Source: Mobula hypostoma (lineage: Eukaryota). Taken from it: DNA of 64,000 nt. Under the pieces are notes generated by a model. The model did no database searches and was not told the origin of the DNA. It saw nothing but the letters and a program-made list of their open reading frames with translations. How positions within the stretch are numbered: the first letter of the stretch is position 1; every line of letters starts with the position of its first letter. The position numbers were made by a program, and so were the translations under genes. Positions 25,796 to 37,480 of this stretch are shown in pieces. The stretch is from contig NC_086109.1 in assembly GCF_963921235.1 (NCBI RefSeq), positions 29,514,001 to 29,578,000 on the forward strand, read 5' to 3'.

Positions 25796-26474
25796 CAACA
25801 CGCATCAAACTTGCTGGTGAATGCAGCAGGCCAGGCAGCATCTCAAGGAAGAGGTACAGTTGACGTTTCGGGCCGAGACCCTTCGTCAGGACTAACGGAA
25901 GGAAGAGCAAGATTCAACCTGAGCCTAAGGCTCCGGAGGGTTCCTGTGCTGTGGAAGACGTCCTGCCTTGTCCCTGTGCCGAAGATGCCGCGCCCCAGCG
26001 GCCTCAATGACTACAGACCGGTGGCATTGACTTCCCACATCATGAAGACCCTGGAGAGACTTGTTCTGGAGCTGCTCCAGCCTATGGTCAAGCCACACTT
26101 CCTCAGGCTCAGGTTGAATACATGGCGAAGTACTCCACATAGCTGAGGGGCACAGGCTTTGAGCACCCTGGTACTGACACCATCCGGTCCTGCAGCCTTG
26201 CTTGGGTTGAGACGTTTCAGCTGTCTTCTCACCTGTTCAGCTGTGAAGCTCACCATGGTGGTTTCATGTGGGAAAGTGGTATAGTCATGAGAGCAGGGTG
26301 GGGGACTGTGAGGGTGGGGGACTAGCTCTTCCTTCCGTTAGTCCTGACGAAGGGTCTCGGCCTGAAACATCAACTGTACCTCTTCCTAGAGATGCTGCCT
26401 CGCCTGCTGCATTCACCAGCAAATTTGATGTGTGTTGTTTGAATTTCCAGCATCTGCAGAATTCCTCATGTTTA
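25796..26474. mobile_element. Penelope fold-back element with a LINE RT fragment at its apex
   Basis: Inverted pLTR arms 25794-25911 and 26322-26439 plus tail; insert 25912-26321 encodes Rex1-type RT pieces on both strands. Confidence 0.9.
25857..25894 (-). ncRNA. Minimal type I hammerhead ribozyme motif
   Basis: Minus strand TAGTC-CTGACGA-A-GGGTCTCGGCCC-GAAA-CGTC-AACTG; core intact, one mismatch in stem I. Confidence 0.65.
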
Positions 26475-26831
26475 CAAGCAAACTAGTGATGGTTTCTATG
26501 ATTTGTACAGCATTTCATTGCTCATTACTAAATCTGGAAAGCCAGCTGTAAGGGAGGCTCTGAATATTGTTTTGCCTGTCAGCATACCAAATAATTAAAG
26601 TGATTCTGCTCAGCAACAACTCTGTTCAAAGACGAATAGATGAAATATCTGAGAATGTGGAAGATACATTGTGTAGCATACACAGGACAGAAAAATTTGC
26701 TCTGAATGAGTCAACTTTGCCAGGCAGCAACTCTATACTTCTTGGTTATGTTTGCTTCATAAAAAATGAAAGCATGGTTCAAGAGTTGTTATTTACAAGG
26801 GACTAGAAGCAGATATGAAAGGGGAGTCAAT

Positions 26832-27742
26832 CTCCAACAGGATCCCATCACCAGCACATATTTCCCTCCCCTCTCCCACTTTCCTGTTTTCCACAGGGAT
26901 CGCTCCCTACATGACTACCTCATCCATTTGTCCCTCCCCACTGATCTCTCTCCTGGTACTTATCCTTGGGAGTGGGACAATTGGCACTTGCCCCTACACC
27001 TCCTCCCTCACTACCATTCAGGGCCCCAAGCAGTCCTTCCAGGTGAGGCGACACTTCACCTGTGAGTCTTTTGGGGTCATCTACTGTATCCGGTGCGCCC
27101 AACGTGGCCTCCTGTATATTAGTGAGGCCTGACATAGATTGGGAGATGGCTTCACTGAGCACCTGCACTCCATCCACCAGAGAAAGCGGAATCTTCCAGT
27201 GGCCGTCCATTTTAATTCGGCTTCCTATTCTCATTCCAATACATCAATCCATGGCCTCCTCTACTGTCGTGATGAGGCCGCACTCAGGTTGGAGGAGCAA
27301 CATCTCATATTCCATCTGGGCAGCCTCCAACCTGATGGCATGAACATCAATTTCTCAAACTTCTGTGAATGGCCTCCCCCACCACCCTTCACCATTCCCC
27401 ATCCCCTTTTTCACACTCTCACCTTATTCCCTTGCCTCTCTCTGGTGCTCCTCCTCCTTTTCTTTCTTCCATGGCCTTCTGTCATCTCCTATTAGATTTC
27501 CCCTTCTCCAGCTCTGCATCTCTTTCACCAATCAGCTTCTCAGTCCTTTACTTCACCCCTCCCCCTCCCAGTTTCACATATCAACTTGTGTTTCTCCCTC
27601 CCCTCCCCCCACCTTCTAACTCTGACTCATCCTTTTTCCTCCAGTCCTAATGAAAAGTCTCGGCCCAAAACATCGACCATATACTCCTTTCCATCGATGC
27701 TGCCTGGCCTGCTGAGTTCCTCCAACATTTTGTGTGTGTTGC
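26832..27742 (+). mobile_element. Penelope-like element 3' part (GIY-YIG endonuclease remnant plus pLTR)
   Basis: FTCESFGVIYCIRC...LLYISE..RLGDGFTEH...PVAVHFN...RLEEQHLIFHLGSLQPDGMN; pyrimidine-rich pLTR with decayed hammerhead near 27642-27679. Confidence 0.92.
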
Positions 27743-28479
27743 AAAAATTTTATTTGTAGATTTAAATATATTTGAATAACTTTTGCAATTATTTGTCGCT
27801 GTTTTGAATCTGGAGTTCCTATTTTCTATCACTGAGCATCATAAATCAAAATCCTCTATAGTTTTAATGTAATGGCCAGAAAGGGAGGGGGAGCACACTG
27901 CAGATGTGATCTGGGAGCCTTAGGGGCGGTAATTCTAAAACATTTGGGAGCCACTGCTTTAGACAATCACTTCCTCTTTATTTTCATTGTAACATTCAAG
28001 ATGATTGTCAATACATTCACATTCTTGGTAATTCCTAACTTGTTGAAGTAGTGAAATCGTTTTGTTTTCACTCCCAGCTGTTTCTAGCATCTCCAAGTCT
28101 GAATGTTGAAACCATGGTGAGCAAAACTGTTCCAAATTGTCTTACTCGTTATATCTCGCCAACTATCAACTTGAATCCACTGAATTGCCAAATAATACTA
28201 ATGTGTTACTCATAAATTAAAATTCCAGCTGTTATCTTCCATACTTATTGCAATAATGTTAATTACTGATATTTCTCTTTTAAATAAGAACATACCAGTG
28301 TATGAGCATTGAAGAATCCAACAAAAATAGATGCAAAAATGAAAGCAATAAATCAAAGTGCCAGCTAAGTTAATGCACATTTCAAGTACAATTATCAATA
28401 CAAAAATAAAATAACGAATAGTAGACATTGCTGAGCAGAATTTTAGATTTATTTTGGGAAAAAAAGAAATTCTTCATTG

Positions 28480-28790
28480 GTCCGGTAACCTTGATTTAAT
28501 CCCGCACTCAGGTGAAGTCTCTGTAGCGTTTGCACATTCTCCTCATAACTGAGTGGATTTCTGCTTGGTGCGCCAGTTTCTTCTATACTTCTAAGATATG
28601 CTTGTAGATTAATTGGCCACTTTAAATCACCCCTTAGTGTAGCCAAGTGGAAAAAGAATCAGAAGGGATTTATCCAATATGTGAGAGATAGTAAGTCGCA
28701 AGGCTATTTTGAAACAAGAAGAGGGAAAAGAGAACTGATGAGAGCTTGCAGAGATCCAAAGGGCCAAAGGTCCTCCCATCATGACATAAT
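28480..28790 (+). mobile_element. HE1/V-SINE, degraded
   Basis: GTTTGCACATTCTCC...GTGGATTTCTGCTTGGTGCGCCAGTTTC...TTAATTGGCCACTTTAAAT. Confidence 0.65.
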
Positions 28791-29344
28791 AATTAAGTAA
28801 ATAACAAATATGATAACCTTTACATAAATAGTTTCTGCAACATTCAACAAAAATTTACCCTGCAGGACATTGTTAGGTTTATCCTATCAGTCAACAAAAT
28901 GACCTGTTATCCAATTGGCAAAGTCTCATCTAACAGGGAAGCAATCCAATTGTATGAGAGAGCTCATCAGTTAATTATTGAGAAAGGCATTCAAGCTTTC
29001 AAGTTTTTTTGTGCCTTAATCTTGTCGTGATTTTGATGAAAGCCAACATGGCATTGTCTCAACGAATCGATACCAAGATGGAGAAATAATCTGCATAATC
29101 CACTGAAAATGGATGATGCGAACATGCAGAAGATCAGTCTGCTCCGACTGCTCTCAATGTAGTTAGCAGACTGACTGCAAACTGCCTCTATCTGCACATT
29201 TGCCAGCTGCTGGCAGCATTAACTATAATGTTGTTGCACAACAGAGCAACAGGTATTATATCATATGCTTAATAATGCTAGCTTGTTCCTTCCAAAAGAG
29301 AGTACATTCTGTCTGCCACAAGTACTGGAAGCCATTGTAAAATA

Positions 29345-29915
29345 CGCACAATGACCACTTTATTAGATACCTCTGTACACTTGTGCTTTAGCACAGATAT
29401 CTGATCAGCCAATCATGTGGCAGCAACTCAATACATAAACACATGCAGACGTGGTCAAGAGGTTCAGTTGTTGTTCAAACCAAACATCCGAATGGGGAAG
29501 AAATGTGATCTAAGTGACCTTGACCGTGGAATGATTGTTGGTGTCACATGGTGTGGTTTGAATATCTCGGATACTGCTGATCTCCTGGGATTTTCACGTA
29601 CAACAGTCTCATAAGCTTACAGAGAATGGTGTGGAAAAAAAAAAAATCCAGTGAGTGCCAGTTCTGTGGGCGAAAATGCCTTGTTAATGAGAGAGGTCGG
29701 AGCAGAATAGCCAGACTGATTCAAGCTGGCAGAACGGTAACTATAACGCAAATATCCATGCTTTATCAAAATGGTGTTCAGAAGAGCCTCTCTGAACGCA
29801 CAACACGTCAGATCCTGATGTGGATGGGATACAACAGCAGCAGAAGACCACAAACCTACTCTCAGTAGTCTCTTTATTAGGTACAGGAGGGACCTAATAA
29901 AATGGCCACTGAGTG
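29345..29915 (+). mobile_element. Tc1-like non-autonomous element
   Basis: TIR consensus CACTCAGTGGCCACTTTATTAGG; transposase N-terminus MGKKCDLSDLDRGMIVG...ISDTADLLGFSRTTVS. Confidence 0.88.
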
Positions 29916-30556
29916 TGCTTTGTGACCTGGGAGGCAGTGAAAAATGGCATAGTGTGAACATTTTTGTCTCCATGTTTTTCTGCTTCAGTACGACCAAGCA
30001 CATCTCTCATTCAACTTTTATTCACTATATGGTTCAGTATATAGTGAAAAAGACACTAAAGTGAATGCAGGAATAAGCACCAGGCTTGCTTAAACAGGCA
30101 GCATTTGACTAAATATAAGACCTATGAGCAAAATAGAAGTTCATGGACTTGGGAGGGGGAGGATTATCCATTGACTGTGGTCCTACTTTCCATAATGAAA
30201 GGTATTTTGGGTTTGTCAAAATCTCCTCACCCGATGGATGGAGAATCTTTGGTATTTTCTAACACAGGAGGCCCCACATTGATTACATATGAAATATATT
30301 TCTGGATCTTAAAGAATTTGAAAGGTATGGGAAGAACACAGGGCAATAGTGTTTAAGGTAGAAATTCAATGTGCTGTTTAGAGAGATATAGCCTCCTCTT
30401 GCCCCTATTTATTTTGCTTTTATGTGCTTATAATCTTTCAATAGAAGTAAGGAAAGTTAGAAAACAGATATACTTTTATATTAAAGGAAAGCATAGGGGT
30501 ACAGAGAGGTGCTGCCTGACCTGAATACTTTTTGAATGCATAATTTTCCATCCCAT

Positions 30557-32168
30557 TTGTTCAGTCGCTAAGTTGAGTCCGACTCTTCATGACCTCACAG
30601 ACTCCTGCACACCAAGCCTTCTTGTTGGAAACTGCCTCCCTAAGATCCCCCAAGGCCATATGCATTGCCTGCATAATATTATCAATCTATTTTAGCCTCT
30701 GTCGTCCTCTCCTTCTTTTTCCTCTGTTATCGATTCTTTTATCTCTGTTGTCGATTCGTTTATATTCTGCCTTACTAGTAGTTCAGATCTCACAGCCATG
30801 CATTACAACTGGAAGTATCATAGAGTTGACTATACAGATCTTCGTAGACAATGTTATGTCTCTGCTCTTCAGTATTTTATCTAAATTTGCCATTGCTGCC
30901 CGCCTCTGAAGTAAACAACGTTTAATTTTGTGGCTGCAGTTACCATCTATAGAAATCTTTGAACTGAGGAAGACAAAATCTTTCACTGCTTCCACTTCCT
31001 TTCCATTTATTACCATGGAGTTAATAGGGCTGGTCGACATAATCTTGTTTTTCTTAATATTGAACAACAAGCTAGCTTTTGCACTTTCTCCTTTCACTTT
31101 GATCAGAAGCTTCCTCAGATACTCCTCACTTTCAGCCATTAGGTAACATCGTCTGCATATCTGAGGTTGTTAATATTTCGTCCGGTAATTTTGATTCCAA
31201 CATTTGAGTCCTCTGAACCAGCATTCCTCATGATGTGTTCAGCATAGAGATTATATAAGTAGGATGACAGTATGCAGCCTTGTTGTACTCCTTTCCCAAT
31301 CTTGAACCAGTTTGTTGTTCCGTGTTCAGTTCTATCTGTTGCTTCTTGATCTTCGTCCAAGTTTCTCATAAGGCAGATCTGATGTCCAGGTATTCCCATT
31401 TCTTTAAGGATGTGCTATAGTTTATTATGGTCCACACTGTTGAATGCTTTAGAGTAGTCAAAAAAATGTAGGTAGATACTTTTCTGGAATTCCCTCGATT
31501 TCTTCGTTATCCAGCATAGGTTACCAATTTGGTCTGTGGTGCCCCTGCCTCTTCTAAAACCATCTTGTACATCTGGCAGTTCTCGTTCCATATATTTCTG
31601 GAGTCTTGCTTGCATGATCTATAGTATTACCTTGCTAGCATGTGAAATTAATGAAATTGTTCAGTAATTTGAACATTCCTTTACATTTCCCGTCTTGGGA
31701 ATTGAGATATAAACTGATCTTTCCCAGTCTAAAGGTTATTGTTGTGTTTTCCAGATCTGCTGACAAATTGCATGCAACACTTTTACAGCATCACCTTTTA
31801 AGGTTTTAAACAATTCAACTGGACACCTGCCACATCCTGCAGCCTTATTATTGGCAAAGTTTTCTATCGCCCATTCAACTTCACTTTCCAGAATATACGG
31901 TTCTAGATCGATGATGGAGTCATTGCAGGTGTCTTCGCTGTAGGGATCTTTCTTGTACAATTCTTCTGTGTATTCCTGCCATCTTTTTTGATGTCTTCTG
32001 CTTCCGTAAGGTCCTTCCTTCCTTTGTTTTTCACTATACTCACTTTTGCATGAAATGTTCCATTGATTTCTCTAATCTTCTTGAATGGATCTCCTGTTTT
32101 TCCAATTCTGTTGGCTTCTTCAGCTTCTTTGCATTGCTCCTTTTAGTAAGTTACCTTATCTTTCCTTG
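30557..32168 (-). mobile_element. RTE-BovB LINE, 5'-truncated with an internal deletion
   Basis: MGIPGHQICLMRNL..QEATDRTEHGTTNWFKIGKGVQQGCILS..NINNLRYADD; LKSRDITLSTK; tail GTTCAGTCGCTAAGTTGAGTCCGACTC. Confidence 0.9.
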
Positions 32169-32521
32169 ATAAGGATCAATTCTATTTACACACCTTCAAA
32201 ATAAGTATGTTTATTCATTCTTGCAAGTCACAGGCAACATTCTGGGATGGACTGTTAAGTTGCAAGTGACATTCACATTCAGGCAAAAGTTATACAGTGA
32301 CAGCACAGTGATTATTTCCATCACAACCCTTGACGTTACATGGAATGACCATCACTAAGCCAACCATCAAAACGTGCTTTGGATTGTCACAGGTCTGAAG
32401 CTTAATTGGATTTGTCACTTTAAGAGCAGGATTCTAGCTGTGCATCATGGCTGATCTCCCAAATCTTTAAGGTCCAACGAAATTCCACAAGACATACTGT
32501 AAGGCAATAGTGTGGTGAAAT

Positions 32522-32736
32522 CACAAGCACGAGCAAATTTGCTGATTCTGGAGATCCAAAGTAACACACACAAAACACTGGACGAACTCAGCAGGCCAGG
32601 CAGCATCTATGGAAGAAAGTAAACAGTCAACGTTTCAGGACCTAAAGAAGGGTCTCGGCCTGAAATATCGACTGTTCACTCTTTTCCACAGACGTTGCTG
32701 GCCTGCTGAGCTCTTCCAGCACTTTGTGAGTGTGGC
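32522..32736. mobile_element. Penelope pLTR fold-back fragment
   Basis: Inverted pLTR arms converging near 32640; decayed hammerhead CCTAAAGAAGGGTCTCGGCCTGAAATATCGACTG. Confidence 0.82.
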
Positions 32737-33638
32737 GGAATATTTGCTATTGTAGTTGAGTTTGAAGACTGACACTCCCTGCCCATCAGACAGCACCTTC
32801 ACCAGAAAAACTATATGGATTCAGTATTGTGGCTTCAACTAATCTCTCCTAAGCTATTTGGAAAGGTCAAGAAATTTTGCCAGCAATGTTCACTTTCTCA
32901 AAAAAGGTGAAAGGAACCAGTATCTCAAAATGAAGATTCAGCTGTATACTTTGCATTTCTGTATAATTTGTAATTCCAGGAATTGTTCTAAAGTTAGTTC
33001 CCACTCAAGAAGCACAGTCTCATGAACCAGCACTACCATTCAACAAGACCATGGGTGATCTAATTGTCAACTCTACATTCACACATACTCCTTTTCAGCT
33101 TTTATCCCTTGAGTTGTTCACCAGCTGATGATCATCACAGTCTGCACAGACAACATATTGGTGAACTTTGATTTTCTTAAATTTTGCAGTTATATGCTAA
33201 TATACCTTAAGTTTTTAAAATGTTTAAAGATCTTGTTTTTTTTTTAGCATCTCAGAACTATTTAGAGTATTTAAAAAAGATTGAAAGGCCAGACTGTTCT
33301 GATTAAATCTTGATGCATCAATATTTTCCAAGTTGTTTTTTTGTGGAGCATATAACATCATCCACCCCTTAGGATGGAAAAGGCTTCTTCATTATGGGGT
33401 CCTCTCAACATTTTCTATAGGCTGCTATGGAAATAAGATTAAGTGTTTTTAAATGAGTGCGGTGATGAATTAATAGTATTGGTTGCTGAACAAAAAATCT
33501 ACCCCATTGTTTCTCTTCTCCCCCTGTTAGCAGGTTTTGACATTGTATCACTGAATTTAGGGCAGATTAAATCATAGGTGTCACTTAAATGTGAGTTTTG
33601 TCATTCTCTGATTGCTGCACAATAAATACAGTACATTT

Positions 33639-33782
33639 CAAACATAGAAACATAGAAAATAGGTGCAGGAGTAGGCCATTTGGCCCTTCGAGCCTGCACT
33701 GCCATTCAGTATGATCATGGCTGATCATCCAACTCAGAACCCTGTACCAGTCTTCCCTCCATACCCCCGATCCCTTTAGCCA
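33639..33782 (-). mobile_element. CR1 3' tail (young family)
   Basis: Near-identical reverse complement of the 3' UTR at about 57825-57968. Confidence 0.9.
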
Positions 33783-34034
33783 AACAACAGCAGACATTTG
33801 AGGTTTGGTAGTCAGTCATTTTACCTCACCTGCATGCATCGCAAGATTTTTATGCTATACTTCATCCACTGACCCAGATGATAAATCCACTTATTGGCAA
33901 CATGTAAATTTTCCATGATGGCAGTCCTTTGACATCTGGTGATTGTAAGCGCACATTTGATCAGCCTGAAAGCTTTTCTCTTGGTTAAATTCGTGTTAAT
34001 TTATCTGACAATGATTTCTGTTAGTTATAGCATG

Positions 34035-34320
34035 TAAATTGTATAAAACAGTGGCAATGTCAGTTCTCTGAGGTAGATGAGGAAGATCACATGGTAGTAT
34101 TTCCAAGTACAGAGGTACTTTTTTCCAGTTCTGTGGCCAATATCCGTTCTTCAATCATCATTACCAAAATAAAATAAATTGTTTGCTCTTTCTACATTGC
34201 TGCTTCTACATTATTATGCACAAATTATTGTTGTGATTCTGACATTACAGCAGTGACTGCATTCCAGTAGTACTCAATTAGCTGGAAAGTGCTTCAGGGC
34301 TTCCTAAAGTGGCTTTGTGT
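34035..34320 (+). mobile_element. Deu-domain SINE remnant
   Basis: GAAGATCACATGG...TGGCCAATATCCGTTCTTCAATC...ACATTACAGCAGTGACTGCATTCCA matches recalled Deu-SINE body. Confidence 0.5.
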
Positions 34321-35592
34321 AAACCTTTCTTCTTTTACTTTAGGTTCATCTGTTCTGTGTGAAGTCAAGAACTCACTCTGCAGCAAACTAAACACCAGCA
34401 TTAATGACACCTCACCATAATAGGAGCTGCAGACTGAAATCCTTTATCGGTTTGGTTTGACCTCCGCTATATTTAAACAACTACAAAATTTCCGGACGAA
34501 GTGGGGAAGTTGAAATCAATGATAGATTTATGACAGAATAAAGGGCCTATTGTAAAGGCAGCTCATGTGGATGTCTGATGACTGGGTGAGGGAGCTGCAT
34601 TTAAATCAGGACCTGCTTTCAGCCTACTTTCTTCATCTTTGTTACTGTCAGATTACCGAAACAGATAAACAACCTGAAATAATTGAAGCAAAATCAACGA
34701 ATAAATGAATAGTATCAAACTGTATTCTGACATATTCCCGAGGGTTTCCATAACCTCGCTGAAACCGTTGCCGCAATGCTGGTCAAAGTGTCCCTCTTGT
34801 CACTCTCATTAATACTAGCCTGCAGCTGTCTAGCAATCTCAATGTGCAAGTTGACATGAGGTAACACTCATGCCTCTCGAGTCCTTTTTTTCCTCCAGTA
34901 TAGCCTGTCAGCTACAGTCACTCTGTGAAACCTATGACTGGGGATTTGAATCTTTAAAATCATACAGTAGATTTCCAGCAGCCAGTGGTTAAATGTGACA
35001 AAGTTTGCATGTTTTGAACTATTTATAGCTTAGCCCTTGAAGACCTTGAAAGCCTTGACAGTAGCATTTCAATATCCTGCCACTAAATATGACAGGGCTA
35101 GCACACAATATTAATTTAGACGTTCACACTGCCATCTAAACCTTTTGAAGCATTTGCTTGATATATTAGCTATGATTTATGCAGGAAATAGTATAAGAAA
35201 AGAGATTTCCTTCGTGTTTAACATTCTGAGAGTGGAATTTGCTTTACTATGTTCAAACAATTGAATGGAAGTTATGTTTGATAAACATCCAAGTTATGGG
35301 CTGTGCAGAATCATAACACAATTCTCAAATCATAATATTCTTAATCATTTTTAACATATTTATTTTCATCAGGTAATTGGGCAATGTGACGGCATTTTAC
35401 GTAATGTCAGGGTGAGCTATCCAAGACCTTAGCCATCGATCTGAAAGCTAAAATTCAAATCCTAACACGGCAGCTGAAATTAATTCATTAAAAACAGCTT
35501 GGAAACAGAAAACAAAAGATAGAATCAGTAATTAATACATTTGGTTCTCTAATTTCTGTAATGGAAGAGAATGAGCCACACTTTCCTAGTTT

Positions 35593-35818
35593 TGTGTTGG
35601 GCACATGACCAAGTGGTTAAGGCGTTGGTCTACTTACCTCAAGGTTGCTAGTTCGAGCCTCAGCTGTGGCAGCGTGTTTGTGCCCTTGAGCAAGGCACTT
35701 AATCACACATTTCTCTAGTCTGTGCGAGGGGTGGCTTCCAATCTGCGCCTTGTAAAGCATGAAAATGCCCGACGCAGGCCTCTCATGGTCTGAGTCAACG
35801 TTCCCTCCCCTCCCTCCC
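35593..35818 (+). mobile_element. tRNA-derived SINE with CORE-like segment
   Basis: A-box TGACCAAGTGG, B-box GTTCGAGCC, CORE-like GTGCCCTTGAGCAAGGCACTTAA; TSD TTCCTAGTTT at 35583-35592 and 35819-35828. Confidence 0.8.
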
Positions 35819-37124
35819 TTCCTAGTTTAGTTTATATGTGACCTCAGAGCAATATGGTTCTAACTACCCAGTAAGCCATGCAATTGCCTAGGATGTAGTT
35901 CAAAGGTAGTAAAGCATAACAATGTGGCATCCACATCTTATGAATGAATAACAATGCAAATGAATGAAGTAAAGAGAAATGCATGGCAAGAGGCTATGTT
36001 CTCAGTATTCTAAAATATTCATTTTGATCTTCATTCTCTTCTCTTATATGTTTCAAAGAACTGGAATGCTAGGACAGATTACTCCCCTCTAAAGTCCATT
36101 TGAATGCACAATTTAAGTTGCTGATATTCCTCTGATGATATGTATAGATAGGAGCTACAGTACACTGCTTAATGGGATTGATGGCACAGCTGGACCACAA
36201 GTTTATTTCTTGGGGGTGGAGGGAGGAATTCATCTTAGATGCAGGCAGTGAATGGTCACTAGCACGAAAAGTCTCCAGGGGTATCATCTTTGCACACACT
36301 GCCTCGTTGTCTTCATGATCCCAGATTTCTAGACTGTGTGGAGCAGCCAGAACCAAATTGGGACCACTAGGAGGGATGAAGTTGGTCAAGGATCCTGGAT
36401 TTGTTTGCTACTCATCAACTCCCAGTCATATAGACAATGAGTTGACAGAGATGCCACACAACTGCCATGTTACCAGTTACTCTCCGTGCTTCAGGATGAA
36501 GCATATGAGCCCTCAGAACAGTATTGCAGTAAAGAATACAATTTGCAGCAGACATAGTGAGGGCAAGGTGGGGGAGTAGAATTATAAAACCAACAAATAA
36601 CTATATGTGCCTAATAAGCTTTATTCAGGCATCATTTCTGATCTATGTACTTCGCTATTATAGGATTTCCCTTGCAAAAAAGCAAAATGTAATATAGCTG
36701 CAGAAAAATTCAGTGCAAGTTTAAGTCGGGTCACCAACTGTGCTTAACAAGGCTTTCTTAATCATCTTCATACTATTTGTACATGTCAGTGACACGATTT
36801 GTAGTCACATTTATAATAAAAACTGACGGTGTATAAAAATCGATTAAAGCTGCAGATGCTGGAAATGTGAAACAAAACAGAACACGCCACCTCATCGACT
36901 GACTGCAAATAAATTCTGCTATGATGCTGTGATTATATTGTCAGTCTACTGGTGTATGGTAGCATTTTCATTTGCATCACTCCCTAAGTGCAGAAGAATG
37001 CTTCAATCATTTATACCTTGCGGCTTCTCAAATTATTCATAAGGTCAAGTTACAAGTAAGATCAAAATATGCAACGTTATAAAGAGAGTTTAACCATGCC
37101 TGTCTTTATCCCATCCATACTCTT

Positions 37125-37480
37125 CTTTTCTCACTCTTTATTCCCTGTTGCCAACAGTTAGAAGGTACAGGTGCCCCAGAACTCATACCACCAAGTAGTT
37201 ACTACCCCCCAACCACCAGGCTCTTGCACAAAAGGGGACAGTTTCACTCATTTAAGGACTCTTTTATCTTGTTTTTTCATGCTCGTCATTTATTGTTATT
37301 TATTTATTCACAGCATTTGCAGTTTGTTTACAGTTTTCAGTTCCTGATATTTACAGTTGACATTTCCTGATATTTAAAGTTTACAGATCCAGATCCTATG
37401 TACGGTTACTGTTCTATAGATTTGCTGAGTATGCTCGCATACGGTGACATGTATGTACTCTGATAATAAATTTCACTTTG
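37125..37480 (+). mobile_element. Rex1/Babar-type LINE 3' end; its (ACTTTGA)n tail continues at 43495-43519 beyond the L1
   Basis: CCCTGTTGCCAACAGTTAGAAGGTACAGG...GATAATAAATTTCACTTTG. Confidence 0.7.

Larger units (their letters stand above)
25026..27956 (+). mobile_element. hAT Charlie/Buster-family transposon remnant
   Basis: TIRs CAGTGCTTCCCAAA...TTTGGGAGCCACTG; 8-bp TSD CTTTAGTC/CTTTAGAC; transposase remnant YSISLLITKSGKP, LSNNSVQRRIDEI, ESTLPG..LLGYVCFI. Confidence 0.88.
24709..28182. mobile_element. Tigger/pogo-like (Tc1/mariner) non-autonomous element hosting a hAT
   Basis: TA|CAGTTGATTCTGGTTAATTGGGAC left end; GAATCCACTG right end (only about 10 bp of TIR match, TA mutated). Confidence 0.55.

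Noticed and set aside
25784..26486. Possible 12-bp TSD CAAACCAAATAG / CAAGCAAACTAG around the Penelope composite
   Set aside because: Only 9 of 12 positions match in A-rich sequence; not relied on
28860..29330. Unique CpG-containing stretch with short ORFs (including 28991-29197)
   Set aside because: No recognisable protein motif or convincing splice pair; could be non-coding conserved sequence but unsupported
35598..35670. tRNA-like sequence with A and B boxes
   Set aside because: No proper acceptor stem; continues into a CORE-like SINE body bounded by a TSD
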